This document shows positions 26,164 through 36,314 of a stretch of DNA of 64,000 nucleotides, in pieces (within the stretch, counting starts at the first letter, position 1; the number at the start of each line of letters is the position of its first letter). The DNA lies in NCBI GenBank assembly GCA_048884965.1, contig JBHLQH010000009.1:1-64000 (forward strand), written 5' to 3'. Origin of the DNA: Candidatus Thorarchaeota archaeon. Lineage in GTDB: Archaea; Asgardarchaeota; Thorarchaeia; Thorarchaeales; Thorarchaeaceae. Both the position numbers and the translations under genes were made by a program. The notes under the pieces are model-generated. The model was not told the origin of the DNA. It made no database searches and saw only the letters and a list, made by a program, of their open reading frames with translations.

Positions 26164-27058
26164 TATAATCAAGACTGTGTACATCCTTCACCTAGATGGA
26201 ACTCCAGTACTTAGAGTGGATATGGACCTCGGAGAAGATGTAGATAATCTAGATGGCTTCCTCGGACTATTTGGCGGATTCTCTAGTGCTATCAATACAT
26301 TAGTGAAGGAACTCGGTCACAAAGAGATAAAATCGATAACCGTTTCTGATGGCGTGCTTGTCTACAGCTCTAGAGACCCTCTTCTATTCGTGGTTCATTC
26401 TGTCAATCCGAAATATGAACAGCTTTCAAAACTACTAGTCAAACAGATTGAACACGAATTCTTGACAGATTTCGACGATGTGCTGAATGATGAGAACATC
26501 TTTGTTATGTGCGACCTCTTCAAGCCTTTCAAATCAAACATAATCCAGATCCATGAGAATCTGATGAAGCTATATTCTGAGTATCCTGAACTCCTTGATT
26601 TCATGTCGACATTCATCCCCCTCTCAAAGCTCTATGAGGTCCTCAACATGGGCTTGGATCTGATTAGAGGATATCCGACAGATACGATCAGACTAGTTCG
26701 ACAATTGGAGAACTATTTCTCAAAGGATGATTATCTGAAAGATGTGGCATTGACGCTAGGCAGGTACTCTGGCCACATGATAGCAAAGGAACGATATCAT
26801 GGTGAGATCGTCATCGACCATGATAAGGTCCTCAAATTACTGAACGAGATATCTATCGTAAAATTCGACACATCTAAGGAATGCTTTGATTTCCAACTAT
26901 GTCCCATCTGCCGTGAGAAGAAGTCCGAGAAGCCAATGTGCGAGTTCTTCAGTGGTTTTATCGAAGGGGCCTTGGATAATCCGAGCATCTCGGTCCTAGA
27001 GACCACCTGTAAGGCACGTGGCGATAGGTCCTGCAGTTTCAAGATTATCCGTTCCTGA
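26156..27058 (+). CDS. Longin-like plus V4R fusion, paralogue of 24449..25366
   Basis: Shared blocks FSAI..ELGH.EI.S, EVLN.GLD.I.GYP.DTI.LVRQL, GRYSGH.IAK, CP.CREK.SEKPMC.FFSGFIEGALDNPSISV; ATG 26156. Confidence 0.78.
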   Translation: MDDIIKTVYILHLDGTPVLRVDMDLGEDVDNLDGFLGLFGGFSSAINTLVKELGHKEIKSITVSDGVLVYSSRDPLLFVVHSVNPKYEQLSKLLVKQIEHEFLTDFDDVLNDENIFVMCDLFKPFKSNIIQIHENLMKLYSEYPELLDFMSTFIPLSKLYEVLNMGLDLIRGYPTDTIRLVRQLENYFSKDDYLKDVALTLGRYSGHMIAKERYHGEIVIDHDKVLKLLNEISIVKFDTSKECFDFQLCPICREKKSEKPMCEFFSGFIEGALDNPSISVLETTCKARGDRSCSFKIIRS

Positions 27059-27060
27059 TA

Positions 27061-28230
27061 CTATTCGGAGAGAATGATATCCCCAGTGTCAATTGCCAGC
27101 TTTTCGAATCTTTTTCTCTGAGAACCATAAATGAGAACCACATCTGAGAATACACAGGGCAACGGTTCATCTATCAGGAAATTAGATCCATTCATTAACT
27201 GGTAGTGAAGATGAGAGTAGGTAGTAGCGGCTCCTGAGAAGCCAACTTTCCCAATTACCTGGCCTTTCTTGACAGTATCCCCTGCAGTAACTGTAACGCT
27301 GTCCTGCATGAGGTGGAAGAGATGGCTGAATTCTTCTTCATTATGCTGAATGACCACATAATTACCTGCGATCTCTTGAATACTATCTTCACGAATGGCA
27401 TTGTCCATATCGAATTGCGAGTCATAGAGATCATCAAGACTATCGACACATTTCACAACTCTCCCATCCGCAGGCGCATAGACCTCGCATCCATCGGTGT
27501 AGAATTTCCTTGCATCATTGAAATGAAAATCATAGTTTTCAGCATACTCATCAGTATCCATCCTGCGAGTGTTTCCATCACTACCTAACACGGTAAAATC
27601 AAGGGCGTATCGACTGAAGTTGGACCTGAATTTGTTCTCAGTGATTTTTCTGACAAGTGACATTGCGAACCGTCGATGATGCGAATAGAAATCATGTCCA
27701 TCAAGAATGGTGATCAATCCTTTAATTGGCAAGGACAGTGATACACGCTGAATATACCTCTTTGGCTTGACCATGATATTTCCGTAGTAGTACTCCTTCC
27801 TACTCTCAGGATTGATGAGCGTGAACATGTATCTGAGGTAGCTAAGTGGTGTTTTTTCTGAGAACCGATGGAATGGATTGAAGATGTCAAGGGTTTCTGT
27901 TCCTTCCAACTCGAATTTTCCAAGGGTATGGATGCCTGGCGTTCCAACACCATTATGATTGAGGTGTTGAAATGTGACCAATCTCCCATTGTCGTCATAG
28001 ATCGCTGCTTTGATGAAGCGGATGACGAGCTTCTCCTCTGTCAAGTTTCGCAGTATAAAATCAAAGTTAAGATTGAGAGAATCACGACCGTCCTCAAGAT
28101 AGACCGTTTCAGGTTCGATGCAAATATCTACTACTCTTTCTGAGGACACATGATCCGAGAGGAACCCTTTCAGCAAAGCTGTATCTGAATCGCTATTCAT
28201 ACTCCATTCAATCCCATTCGTTTGGTCCAA
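27061..28230 (-). CDS. M23-family peptidase domain protein
   Basis: YALDF, VYAPADG.V, GNYVVIQH, HL, VKKGQVIG.VG.SG, HLHYQ; no signal peptide. Confidence 0.82.
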   Translation of the reverse strand: MDQTNGIEWSMNSDSDTALLKGFLSDHVSSERVVDICIEPETVYLEDGRDSLNLNFDFILRNLTEEKLVIRFIKAAIYDDNGRLVTFQHLNHNGVGTPGIHTLGKFELEGTETLDIFNPFHRFSEKTPLSYLRYMFTLINPESRKEYYYGNIMVKPKRYIQRVSLSLPIKGLITILDGHDFYSHHRRFAMSLVRKITENKFRSNFSRYALDFTVLGSDGNTRRMDTDEYAENYDFHFNDARKFYTDGCEVYAPADGRVVKCVDSLDDLYDSQFDMDNAIREDSIQEIAGNYVVIQHNEEEFSHLFHLMQDSVTVTAGDTVKKGQVIGKVGFSGAATTYSHLHYQLMNGSNFLIDEPLPCVFSDVVLIYGSQRKRFEKLAIDTGDIILSE

Positions 28231-28380
28231 TCAATTCCTAATGACTGTTACTTCGTTTTCCTCATTTACCAATCCCTAATCTCTTTCTGGAGGGTAGCAA
28301 TGAGCGACCCCATCTTGTGACTTTGATTTATAATGTCAGAAAGACAGTCTATCGTGGTTCAATCAATGAGGCGAAGTAAG

Positions 28381-29268
28381 ATGAGATTCGGTGCAGTAGT
28401 GTTGCAGGACATGCCATTTCAGAAACTTGCTCAGCTATGGCAAAGATTCGATGAGTTGGGTTTCGATTCTACTTGGATCGCAGATCATTTTGTGAATTAT
28501 GCGCATCCTGATTCCCCATGGTTGGAAGGCTGGACGACACTTGCTGCATTGGCTTCTAATACAATGAACATCCGTGTTGGAACACTGGTCACTTCGATTC
28601 TCCTTAGAAATCCTGCAGTCCTTGCTCGTCAGGCCATGACTGTAGATATCATCACTGGAGGTCGCTTAGAGCTTGGGATCGGATCTGGTGCGCCGGGTTC
28701 CATTGATCCCTCATACAAGATGATAGGTAGCGAGAACTGGACAACAAAGGAACGTGTTGCGCGTCTAAGAGAGCAAGTAGAGATTCTAGATAAGATGCTC
28801 TGCAATGAGGTCACAAGCTATTCTGGCAAATACTATAGAGTTGAGGAAGCGATAATGCGTCCGGGCTGTATACAAAAGCCGCGACCGCCCTTGACAATTG
28901 CCGCTCATGTAAAGGAATCCCTAAGGATTGTTGCAGAATATGCTGATTCATGGAGTTCCTTTGGTGGTGACTTTGGCGCTCCAACAGATATTGTCGTCAA
29001 GAAGACAATGGAACGTATTGACTATCTCGATCGAGAATGTGAGAGGATTGGACGTGATCCCGCTTCGATTGTTCGTTCTCTTCTCATCTTCGGGCAAGAA
29101 GCCAACTTTGCATTCGCATCTGAAGACCTTTTCATGGAGATTGTTGAGAGATACAAAGCCATTGGAATAAATGAACTGGTATTCTTCTATCCTTTCTTTG
29201 CACCTGATCAAATCCCGATGTTTGAGACGATTGCAAGAGAAGTCATTCCTACACTTAGAAGCACCTAG
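28381..29268 (+). CDS. LLM-class (luciferase-like; possibly F420-dependent) oxidoreductase
   Basis: GFDS.WIADHF, EGWTTLAALA..T..IRVGTLVT...RNPAVLA, GGRLELGIG.G, QKPRPP. Confidence 0.9.
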   Translation: MRFGAVVLQDMPFQKLAQLWQRFDELGFDSTWIADHFVNYAHPDSPWLEGWTTLAALASNTMNIRVGTLVTSILLRNPAVLARQAMTVDIITGGRLELGIGSGAPGSIDPSYKMIGSENWTTKERVARLREQVEILDKMLCNEVTSYSGKYYRVEEAIMRPGCIQKPRPPLTIAAHVKESLRIVAEYADSWSSFGGDFGAPTDIVVKKTMERIDYLDRECERIGRDPASIVRSLLIFGQEANFAFASEDLFMEIVERYKAIGINELVFFYPFFAPDQIPMFETIAREVIPTLRST

Positions 29269-29270
29269 GC

Positions 29271-29999
29271 CTATCCGTAGATATCTCCAGAATCAAGTAG
29301 CTTGGAAAAAGCCTCCCTGTTTCGCTCTGGTGTGCAATTCAAGGCGCATCCAAAGTTGGGGCAGCTGCTGCATCCCCAATGCCGAAGGGTAGTAAGGAAT
29401 GCTACCATAACAAGTCCATATCCCACGAGCCAATCCAATCTATCCCATAGATACAGCAACGGGAATAGAAAGCTCCATCCAATTCCCCATATCAGAAACA
29501 CAGCACGCCCAGCAGTACTGACGGGTGTCGGACTGTATTTGAAAATCTTGGGACTGCCCCAGTTGGCAAGACAATAGAACTTGTTCTCATTACCATGTTC
29601 CTTTCCTGAATGGTCATAGCATGGACAGTGTCGACAGAGGACATACCATTCAACACCTCCAAAGAAGATCATCGCGATAATGAAATGGACTGGAATCATA
29701 ATGACTGATTCAGATAGGATGAATGAGCCCAGTCCAAGGACTGCCCCGATATCGACTGACCATCCAAAGTAGATAATACTTGATCCTGCTAATCCTACGT
29801 ATGCGAGGATCATCACTGCAAACGAGATTGTCGCGAACCATCTTGCATCATTGCTGCTATATCTAGCATGAATTCCACAGTATACTGCTTGTTTCTGTTC
29901 GGTGTCTGAGCCTTCTGTCCCCACTTTGATCACTAATCCGACTTGTGTCGTATGCCAATAGCCAATAAGAGGAATATAAGACGTTTCGAGGAAAATCAC
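29271..29999 (-). CDS. Multi-TM membrane protein with Cys clusters
   Basis: About 4 TM segments; CRHCPCY and CSSCPNFGCALN motifs; start uncertain. Confidence 0.65.
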   Translation of the reverse strand: MIFLETSYIPLIGYWHTTQVGLVIKVGTEGSDTEQKQAVYCGIHARYSSNDARWFATISFAVMILAYVGLAGSSIIYFGWSVDIGAVLGLGSFILSESVIMIPVHFIIAMIFFGGVEWYVLCRHCPCYDHSGKEHGNENKFYCLANWGSPKIFKYSPTPVSTAGRAVFLIWGIGWSFLFPLLYLWDRLDWLVGYGLVMVAFLTTLRHWGCSSCPNFGCALNCTPERNREAFSKLLDSGDIYG

Positions 30000-30110
30000 G
30001 TACTATACCGATAACTCCGTACAGCTTCACCAATTAAGAAAGAACCCAAAATTCATAACCCCGAATTCTTCTACCGAAATGCACGTTCAAACATATCAGC
30101 TGACAGACGG

Positions 30111-31394
30111 ATGTTACGTAATATGGAACGGAAGATCATCGCATCATTGATTGGATTTGTGGTAGTGACAGCCATAGTCCTTGGTGCTGCTTCCCTCTAC
30201 TTCAACTACAGTGTTAATTCGACTATCGAATTCTATGTCCTAGGTGACTCTCAAGGCTATCAGGGAGCCCTTGCAACGATTGTTGAGGACGCGAATGAAA
30301 ACCATCCCGCATTCGTGATGCATTGTGGTGACCTTACACCTTTCGGACAAGAAACCCAGTTTCAAGAGGTACTCGAAACTATCGAACCTCTGTCTGTACC
30401 ATTCTATTCCACGCTTGGCAACCATGACATACGACAGAATGGACGAATGGTCTATGAGGAGCTCTTCGGTTCAGCTAATTATTCCTTTGATTTCGGACCT
30501 GTTCATGTTACAGTCTTTGACTCATCAACAGGAGATGTTGATTCAAATCAGTTGCACTGGTTAGAAAATGATCTCCGTGGATCCGACGCAGAGTGGAAAT
30601 TCGTCTTCACCCATATGCCACTCTATGATCCTAGAGAAGGTGAGGATCATAGTCTCTTGAACACAACGACCTCAGAATATCTCATGACCCTTTTCTCTGA
30701 AACTGGTATCGATACCGTATTTTCTGGCCACATTCATATGTTCAATACGACATATTCTGGAAGAGTAAGGTATGTAGTAACAGGTGGGGCCGGAGCAAGT
30801 CTTGCAGTATCAGAGCCGCAAGGAGGCTTCTATCATTATATCCGTGCAAGTATAACCTATGCTGGCGTTGATATCGAACCTGTACACTTGAGCAGACCTT
30901 CCATCGACCGAGAACATGTCCTGCTAAAAGGGAATGACGAGCCTGTCACATTGAGCCTGAACGATATCATGGCTTTGGATACGATTCAAGGATTCTCCTC
31001 GTTCCAGAACCAGTTTGCCAATTGGGGCGGTCAAGGGGACTATCAAGGAGTCAAGCTCAGCACGCTTCTATCTCTGGTGGGAGGTATCACAGAATCACAG
31101 ACATTGAAGGTCATATCCTCTGATGGCTTTGAGCAGCTATTCTGCTATTACAATGTGTACCCTAATGCGAGTTGGTATTCCTTGCAAGGTGATATGGTGC
31201 TTGCATTTGAGTATAATGGAACACTGGTGCCAGATTGGTCCGACGGAATGAGATTGGTCATGATCCCTGAGGATGGGACGTATAGTCTCGATGATTGCCT
31301 AGCTACATCTGCTCCCGGTCAAGGAGGTAATGTGTACTCATCTGCTGGAGCTCGCTGGGTTCGATATGTATCAATTGTTGAGGTGGTAGGATAG
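30111..31394 (+). CDS. Membrane-anchored calcineurin-like metallophosphoesterase fused to a molybdopterin-oxidoreductase-like domain
   Basis: GDSQ, GDLT, GNHD, HMP, GHIH motifs; C-terminal YQGVKL...SSDG...MVLA..NG...RLV...WVRYV. Confidence 0.82.
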   Translation: MLRNMERKIIASLIGFVVVTAIVLGAASLYFNYSVNSTIEFYVLGDSQGYQGALATIVEDANENHPAFVMHCGDLTPFGQETQFQEVLETIEPLSVPFYSTLGNHDIRQNGRMVYEELFGSANYSFDFGPVHVTVFDSSTGDVDSNQLHWLENDLRGSDAEWKFVFTHMPLYDPREGEDHSLLNTTTSEYLMTLFSETGIDTVFSGHIHMFNTTYSGRVRYVVTGGAGASLAVSEPQGGFYHYIRASITYAGVDIEPVHLSRPSIDREHVLLKGNDEPVTLSLNDIMALDTIQGFSSFQNQFANWGGQGDYQGVKLSTLLSLVGGITESQTLKVISSDGFEQLFCYYNVYPNASWYSLQGDMVLAFEYNGTLVPDWSDGMRLVMIPEDGTYSLDDCLATSAPGQGGNVYSSAGARWVRYVSIVEVVG

Positions 31395-32464
31395 TGAGTA
31401 GAACTGCTGATTCGCTTGATACACGTGGAATAGTCACTGTAGCAATACTGGCGTCCTTAGGGGGGTCTCTAAGTACCTTTGTCGGCTACCTAGGGAATCT
31501 GATCAATCTAAGTCTAGGCGTGCCATTTGGAGCGGGTCAGTTTCTTGCAGGGCTACATGTTTTCTGGCTAGTTCTCATGAGAGTCTTAGTTCCACGTCGC
31601 GGAATTGGTTCATTCGGAGGTCTCTTGAAAGGCATTATTGAGCTCTTCACTGGAAGCACCCATGGGATTGTCATTGTATTTGTTTCATGTCTTCAGGGTA
31701 TTTTGGTCGATGTTGCAGCAGAGATTGGAGGTGAATATAGCTCCACCAGCAGTGGAGTACGCGGCATCTGGTGGGTTGGAGCAGGTATTTCAGCTGCTTC
31801 TAATATCCTGGTCCTTCAGCTCTTCTACTTTGCAGGTGTCGATATCCTATATTTGCTATTGATTTCGATGCTTGCATTTTGCTCTGGAGCCATCTTCGCA
31901 GGATACTTTGCTTGGGAAACACTGGAATTTCTGAATGATTCTGGTGCTGTCAACCATTCGTTCTCTAGTATACGCGCTCCTATCGTATCAAGAACTCCAA
32001 AGTCACTCTTGAAACGTAACATCCCTGCTGTCATCATCATCCTCTTCATCTCAATGGGTTCGATATTCTATTTCTCACTCGGATCTAATCTCCTTGCTGA
32101 CCCCAATACATGTGATGTGACAGGTCTTGTTGACAATCCGTATAGATACAAGCCGTCCGACTTTACGGAATATTCGATTACCATTGAGGCTGAACTCAAT
32201 GGTGCATATACTCACATTCCATTGACAAACTATACAGGTGTTCCTTTGAGCATCATTCTATCTGCTGCTAATCCCCGTCTTGATGCAACGGGCCTAAGGG
32301 TGACTGCCAGAGATGGATATGTCATGATATTCTCTGACTTGGAGGACGTGATGGCTGATTCTGAACTGATACTCTCTCAGAATGGGGGCGGACTTTGGAT
32401 CATTGCAGGGAATTATGATGGATCCTATTGGGTCCAGAAAGTATCCACACTAGAACTCTATTAG
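31394..32464 (+). CDS. ECF transporter S component (YkoE-like) fused to an extracellular molybdopterin-oxidoreductase-like domain
   Basis: About 6-7 TMs with GLH.FW, G..ELF.GS.HG, QG..VD; C-terminal YTGVPL...ARDGY...WVQKV. Confidence 0.7.
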   Translation: MSRTADSLDTRGIVTVAILASLGGSLSTFVGYLGNLINLSLGVPFGAGQFLAGLHVFWLVLMRVLVPRRGIGSFGGLLKGIIELFTGSTHGIVIVFVSCLQGILVDVAAEIGGEYSSTSSGVRGIWWVGAGISAASNILVLQLFYFAGVDILYLLLISMLAFCSGAIFAGYFAWETLEFLNDSGAVNHSFSSIRAPIVSRTPKSLLKRNIPAVIIILFISMGSIFYFSLGSNLLADPNTCDVTGLVDNPYRYKPSDFTEYSITIEAELNGAYTHIPLTNYTGVPLSIILSAANPRLDATGLRVTARDGYVMIFSDLEDVMADSELILSQNGGGLWIIAGNYDGSYWVQKVSTLELY

Positions 32465-32473
32465 GCGAGGAAT

Positions 32474-33931
32474 ATGCTAGAAATCAAGAATCTTGCTCTA
32501 TCGTATGATGAGAAGAATAGGATCCTTGATGGAATAGATTTCACACTTCACCCTCAGGAAATTGTCATAGTTGGAGGGAAAACTGGTTCAGGGAAGTCCA
32601 CTCTGGCACGATGCATCTCCGGATTCATTCAGCCTGAAACTGTCCATTCACTATCTGGGTCAATATGTGTAGATGGGGAGGACATTCTCACTGCTGACAT
32701 ATCAAGAATTGCCAGGAATATTGCTCTTGTTCAACAAGATGTAGAGAGTCAGATTTGTACATTGAATGTAGTCGATGAAGTTGCATTCGGTCCCGAGAAT
32801 TTTCAGATAGATTCCTCTGAGATTGAGTCATTGATCACAAGTTCACTTCAGTCTGTAGATGCTCATCATCTTCGGAATCGTTCAACCTATGCCCTATCCG
32901 GAGGGGAAAAACAAAGAGTAGTGATTGCGTCAATGCTTGCAGGCAGGCCTGATTATCTGGTCTTGGATGAACCAACCTCGAGTTTGGACCCTAAGGGAGT
33001 ACAACAATTGAAGGCACTCTTGTTGCGTCTACGAGATGAGGGTATGGGAATACTGTGCATTGAACATAGCATCACTCAAATGGCATCCATTGCTGATAGG
33101 TTACTAAAGCTACAGACGGGAAAGCTCACAGCAACCCCTCCTTCTGAGATTCAGGCACCTCTCATTGCATATCTGCGACCACACTCTTCTACATCATTTG
33201 AGCCGCTTCTAAGAGCCAACGGGATTAGCTACTCATATGGTAGAAAAAGGGCAGTGGATAACGTAACCCTTGAGTTCTCCAGAGGTGAGATTGTTGCCCT
33301 TATGGGTGATAATGGATCAGGGAAGAGCACCCTGCTTGCTTTACTCTCAGGACTTCTCTCTCCCGACGGGGGAACTATCTTCTTACAAGGGACCTTGATT
33401 AACGAAATGAGCAGGGTCCATATCGCTCGGAGTATGGGGGTCGTATTCCAGAATCCCAATCATCAGATATTCGAGCGTACCGTTTGGCGTGATCAGATAC
33501 TAGGGGTGAGCCTTCTCGAATTGGATCCTGATGAATACCTAGAAGGTGCACGAAGACTCCTGATTGAATCTGGACTTGGTGACAGACTTGAGCAAAATCC
33601 GTTTTCATTAAGCTATGGACAGAAACGACGACTAAATATCACCTCTACCTGCTTTCATTCTCCCGATCTTCTTCTACTTGATGAGCCGTTCATTGGTCAA
33701 GATTCTGAAGGGATTGAGTTCATCGCACAACAACTGCTCAAAGCCCAAGAGGTCGGAGGTACTACTATAATCTCAACACATGACCCATGGTTCGTTTCTC
33801 GATACTGTACACGGCTTATCTTCTTGAAAGAGGGATCCATTCTAGTTGATGGTCCCCCACGTGTTATTCAATCGTGGCTAAGAGAAAATGGGGAGCCGCT
33901 ATATGCAACATCAGGAGTTGGTCTGGAATGA
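32474..33931 (+). CDS. ECF transporter dual ATPase (EcfA-A' fusion)
   Basis: Two ABC domains: GKTGSGKST/LSGGEKQR/LDEP and GDNGSGKST/LSYGQKRR/LDEP. Confidence 0.92.
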   Translation: MLEIKNLALSYDEKNRILDGIDFTLHPQEIVIVGGKTGSGKSTLARCISGFIQPETVHSLSGSICVDGEDILTADISRIARNIALVQQDVESQICTLNVVDEVAFGPENFQIDSSEIESLITSSLQSVDAHHLRNRSTYALSGGEKQRVVIASMLAGRPDYLVLDEPTSSLDPKGVQQLKALLLRLRDEGMGILCIEHSITQMASIADRLLKLQTGKLTATPPSEIQAPLIAYLRPHSSTSFEPLLRANGISYSYGRKRAVDNVTLEFSRGEIVALMGDNGSGKSTLLALLSGLLSPDGGTIFLQGTLINEMSRVHIARSMGVVFQNPNHQIFERTVWRDQILGVSLLELDPDEYLEGARRLLIESGLGDRLEQNPFSLSYGQKRRLNITSTCFHSPDLLLLDEPFIGQDSEGIEFIAQQLLKAQEVGGTTIISTHDPWFVSRYCTRLIFLKEGSILVDGPPRVIQSWLRENGEPLYATSGVGLE

Positions 33932-34740
33932 GTTCTGCTATGAACTATACAGAATCCGATTCATTCCTCCATAGATTGAATCCCTTGCTGAAGTTCCTAT
34001 CCCTCCTAATCACTAGCATCAGCATTCTGATAAACCCAAATCTGCTACTTGGTATATTTCTGCTTGGTACAGTCTTACTACTCTTCGTCGCTGCAAAAGA
34101 ACATCCTCAACTCTCTAGGAGAAGGATACGCTTTCTCGTCATCTTCTCCATACTCCTATTCGTCCTTCAGGTACTGATAACAACGAATGGCACAATCCTC
34201 TTCTTCCTCCTTCCTAGCATTGAAGGCAGCTTGCCCCTATTCCCAATCACTACTTTTGGCATTGAGAGAGGTTTGATAATATCGACACGTTTTCTACTCA
34301 TTGTATTCTCAAGCATGCTTTTCGTAGCAGTGACTGATCCTACTCTCCTAGCATACTCTCTAGCAAGAGTAAGAATACCCTATCGCTACGCCTATACCTT
34401 AGTTATTGCACTTCGATTCCTCCCTCTTTTTGATATGGAGAACCAAGTCGTAAGAATGGCTCAAAGGTCTAGGGGGCTCTCCACTAATGTTCGGAGTCTA
34501 CGGAGTATAATGAGAACAGTTAGATTCACATTCTTCCCTCTACTTGTTTCTGCGCTCTCTCGGGTGGACGAATTATCTATCTCTATGGATGGCAGAGGAT
34601 TTGGATCATCAGACCAGCGGAACTACTACCGACAGGCACACTGGAGGTGGATTGATAGCCTTCTCTTGGTTCTGATGCTATCATTCCTGCTTTTCAGCAT
34701 CCTCTCAGCGATTGGGGCTATACCCTTCTTCTCACTTTGA
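33928..34740 (+). CDS. ecfT: ECF transporter T component (CbiQ/EcfT)
   Basis: S.LHRLNP..K, ALRFLP, AQRSRG, SMDGRGF. Confidence 0.9.
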   Translation: MSSAMNYTESDSFLHRLNPLLKFLSLLITSISILINPNLLLGIFLLGTVLLLFVAAKEHPQLSRRRIRFLVIFSILLFVLQVLITTNGTILFFLLPSIEGSLPLFPITTFGIERGLIISTRFLLIVFSSMLFVAVTDPTLLAYSLARVRIPYRYAYTLVIALRFLPLFDMENQVVRMAQRSRGLSTNVRSLRSIMRTVRFTFFPLLVSALSRVDELSISMDGRGFGSSDQRNYYRQAHWRWIDSLLLVLMLSFLLFSILSAIGAIPFFSL

Positions 34741-34802
34741 TCTCTATCGTAATCCCAAGACTTTTATCTCGCATCGATAGGCACAGTAAAACATAACGGG
34801 AA

Positions 34803-36278
34803 GTGAAAACGATGAGTACTGGAGGAAACAAGCAACTCTATGCTATCTTGATGGTCGTGGTCATAGTCGCAGCTGGCTCTCTTGCTGCAATCGCGCTATT
34901 GCAGAATCCCGGTTCTGGTAATCCTATCCTAGATATCACAGGATCTGATGATACTACTCATACCCTAACGATGAATGAGCTCCTTTCTCTCACGCCAATC
35001 GAGAGACTCGGATCATACGAGAACTCGTACAATAACACGAGAGGGTTGGGTACATACATTGGAGCAAGGGTTTCTGACATAGTCGCATTGGTAGGTGGTA
35101 TGGATGCCAATGACATCGTTGTAATCAATGCCTCAGATGGCTATTCTCAAACTTTCACCTATGAGAATGTCTATCCAAGTCTAGCACAATATGGAATCCA
35201 AGGCGACATGGTCATAGCCTATTCTTTCAATGGAACCACTATCCCTGACTATGAGGAAGGACCTAGAGTCATGTTCCTACCAGAGGACGGATTCTTCTCA
35301 AATGCAGATGCCTCTGCTGTCATTGACCCTGAGTTCTCCGCTGGGGCCGCAGGACCAAAACTAGTTAGTAATGTCGCAGAGATATCTGTAATGAATAGGC
35401 CCCAACCAGAGGCTGATATCCTTACCATAAAGAGTGGATCTACAACTCTTGGTTATACTCTAAGTGAGATAATGGATTTGCCATCAGAAACTGGACTGGG
35501 AGGCTACAAGAAATCCTCGGGGACTATTGTTGGACCTTTTGAGTATACTGGCGTTTCTGTCGAGTACCTTCTCAATCAGACTGGAATTCTGCCCGTTGAA
35601 TATACCATTGAGGTGATTTCAGATGACGGATATACAACGTACTACAATAGAACTCAAGTTGATGAAGGGGTCTTTGAAGCGTATGATGAGTCAGGGAATC
35701 CGATTGGTCCCCAGGAGTTCACTTTGATCCTTGCCTATGCTGAAGGTGGTAGCCCTCTTCCTGAAGGAGGACCTCTTCGCATCGCGACTCTAAGTGAGGA
35801 CAGCTATCTCTCTGATGGCCACTGGTGGGCCAAATTAGTTGTAAACATCACCCTAATAGATGAAGTTGAGCCTTGGCTATTATCTCTAAGCGGTGTGCAG
35901 GACTGGGAGATGCCCCATGACACCTACTATGCTCTTGCGTCGTGTTCCCACCATCGAACTGAAGTGACATTTGACAGCACTACTTATGCGGGAGTCCCGT
36001 TATGGACCATTGTTTCGTCTATGGATGGTGGTGAGGATGCCCATTATACCTTTAACGTATCCCTCGCAGTTGCTGGATACAATGTGTCGATAATGGATGA
36101 CATCGGCACATCGGTGAACTTAACATCCGTCCAGCTCGCTGGGAATGCGAGTATCGTTATTGCAGGATGGGCAAACGGAACGCTCCTCGAAGGCGGTGAT
36201 TGGCCGCTAATGCTTGTCACCTCTGAGGGGACGATGCTTGGAAATGTGATTCGTATAGAGATGTGGGGCTTTGACTAA
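34803..36278 (+). CDS. Membrane-anchored protein with three tandem molybdopterin-oxidoreductase-like domains
   Basis: N-terminal TM; three repeats of Y.G..V/L...(A/S/D)DG(Y)...M/IIA...NG/G...GP.V/R. Confidence 0.72.
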   Translation: MKTMSTGGNKQLYAILMVVVIVAAGSLAAIALLQNPGSGNPILDITGSDDTTHTLTMNELLSLTPIERLGSYENSYNNTRGLGTYIGARVSDIVALVGGMDANDIVVINASDGYSQTFTYENVYPSLAQYGIQGDMVIAYSFNGTTIPDYEEGPRVMFLPEDGFFSNADASAVIDPEFSAGAAGPKLVSNVAEISVMNRPQPEADILTIKSGSTTLGYTLSEIMDLPSETGLGGYKKSSGTIVGPFEYTGVSVEYLLNQTGILPVEYTIEVISDDGYTTYYNRTQVDEGVFEAYDESGNPIGPQEFTLILAYAEGGSPLPEGGPLRIATLSEDSYLSDGHWWAKLVVNITLIDEVEPWLLSLSGVQDWEMPHDTYYALASCSHHRTEVTFDSTTYAGVPLWTIVSSMDGGEDAHYTFNVSLAVAGYNVSIMDDIGTSVNLTSVQLAGNASIVIAGWANGTLLEGGDWPLMLVTSEGTMLGNVIRIEMWGFD

Positions 36279-36314
36279 CGAATTCATGAAAGTAAGAAAA
36301 GAAGTAGAATGAAT

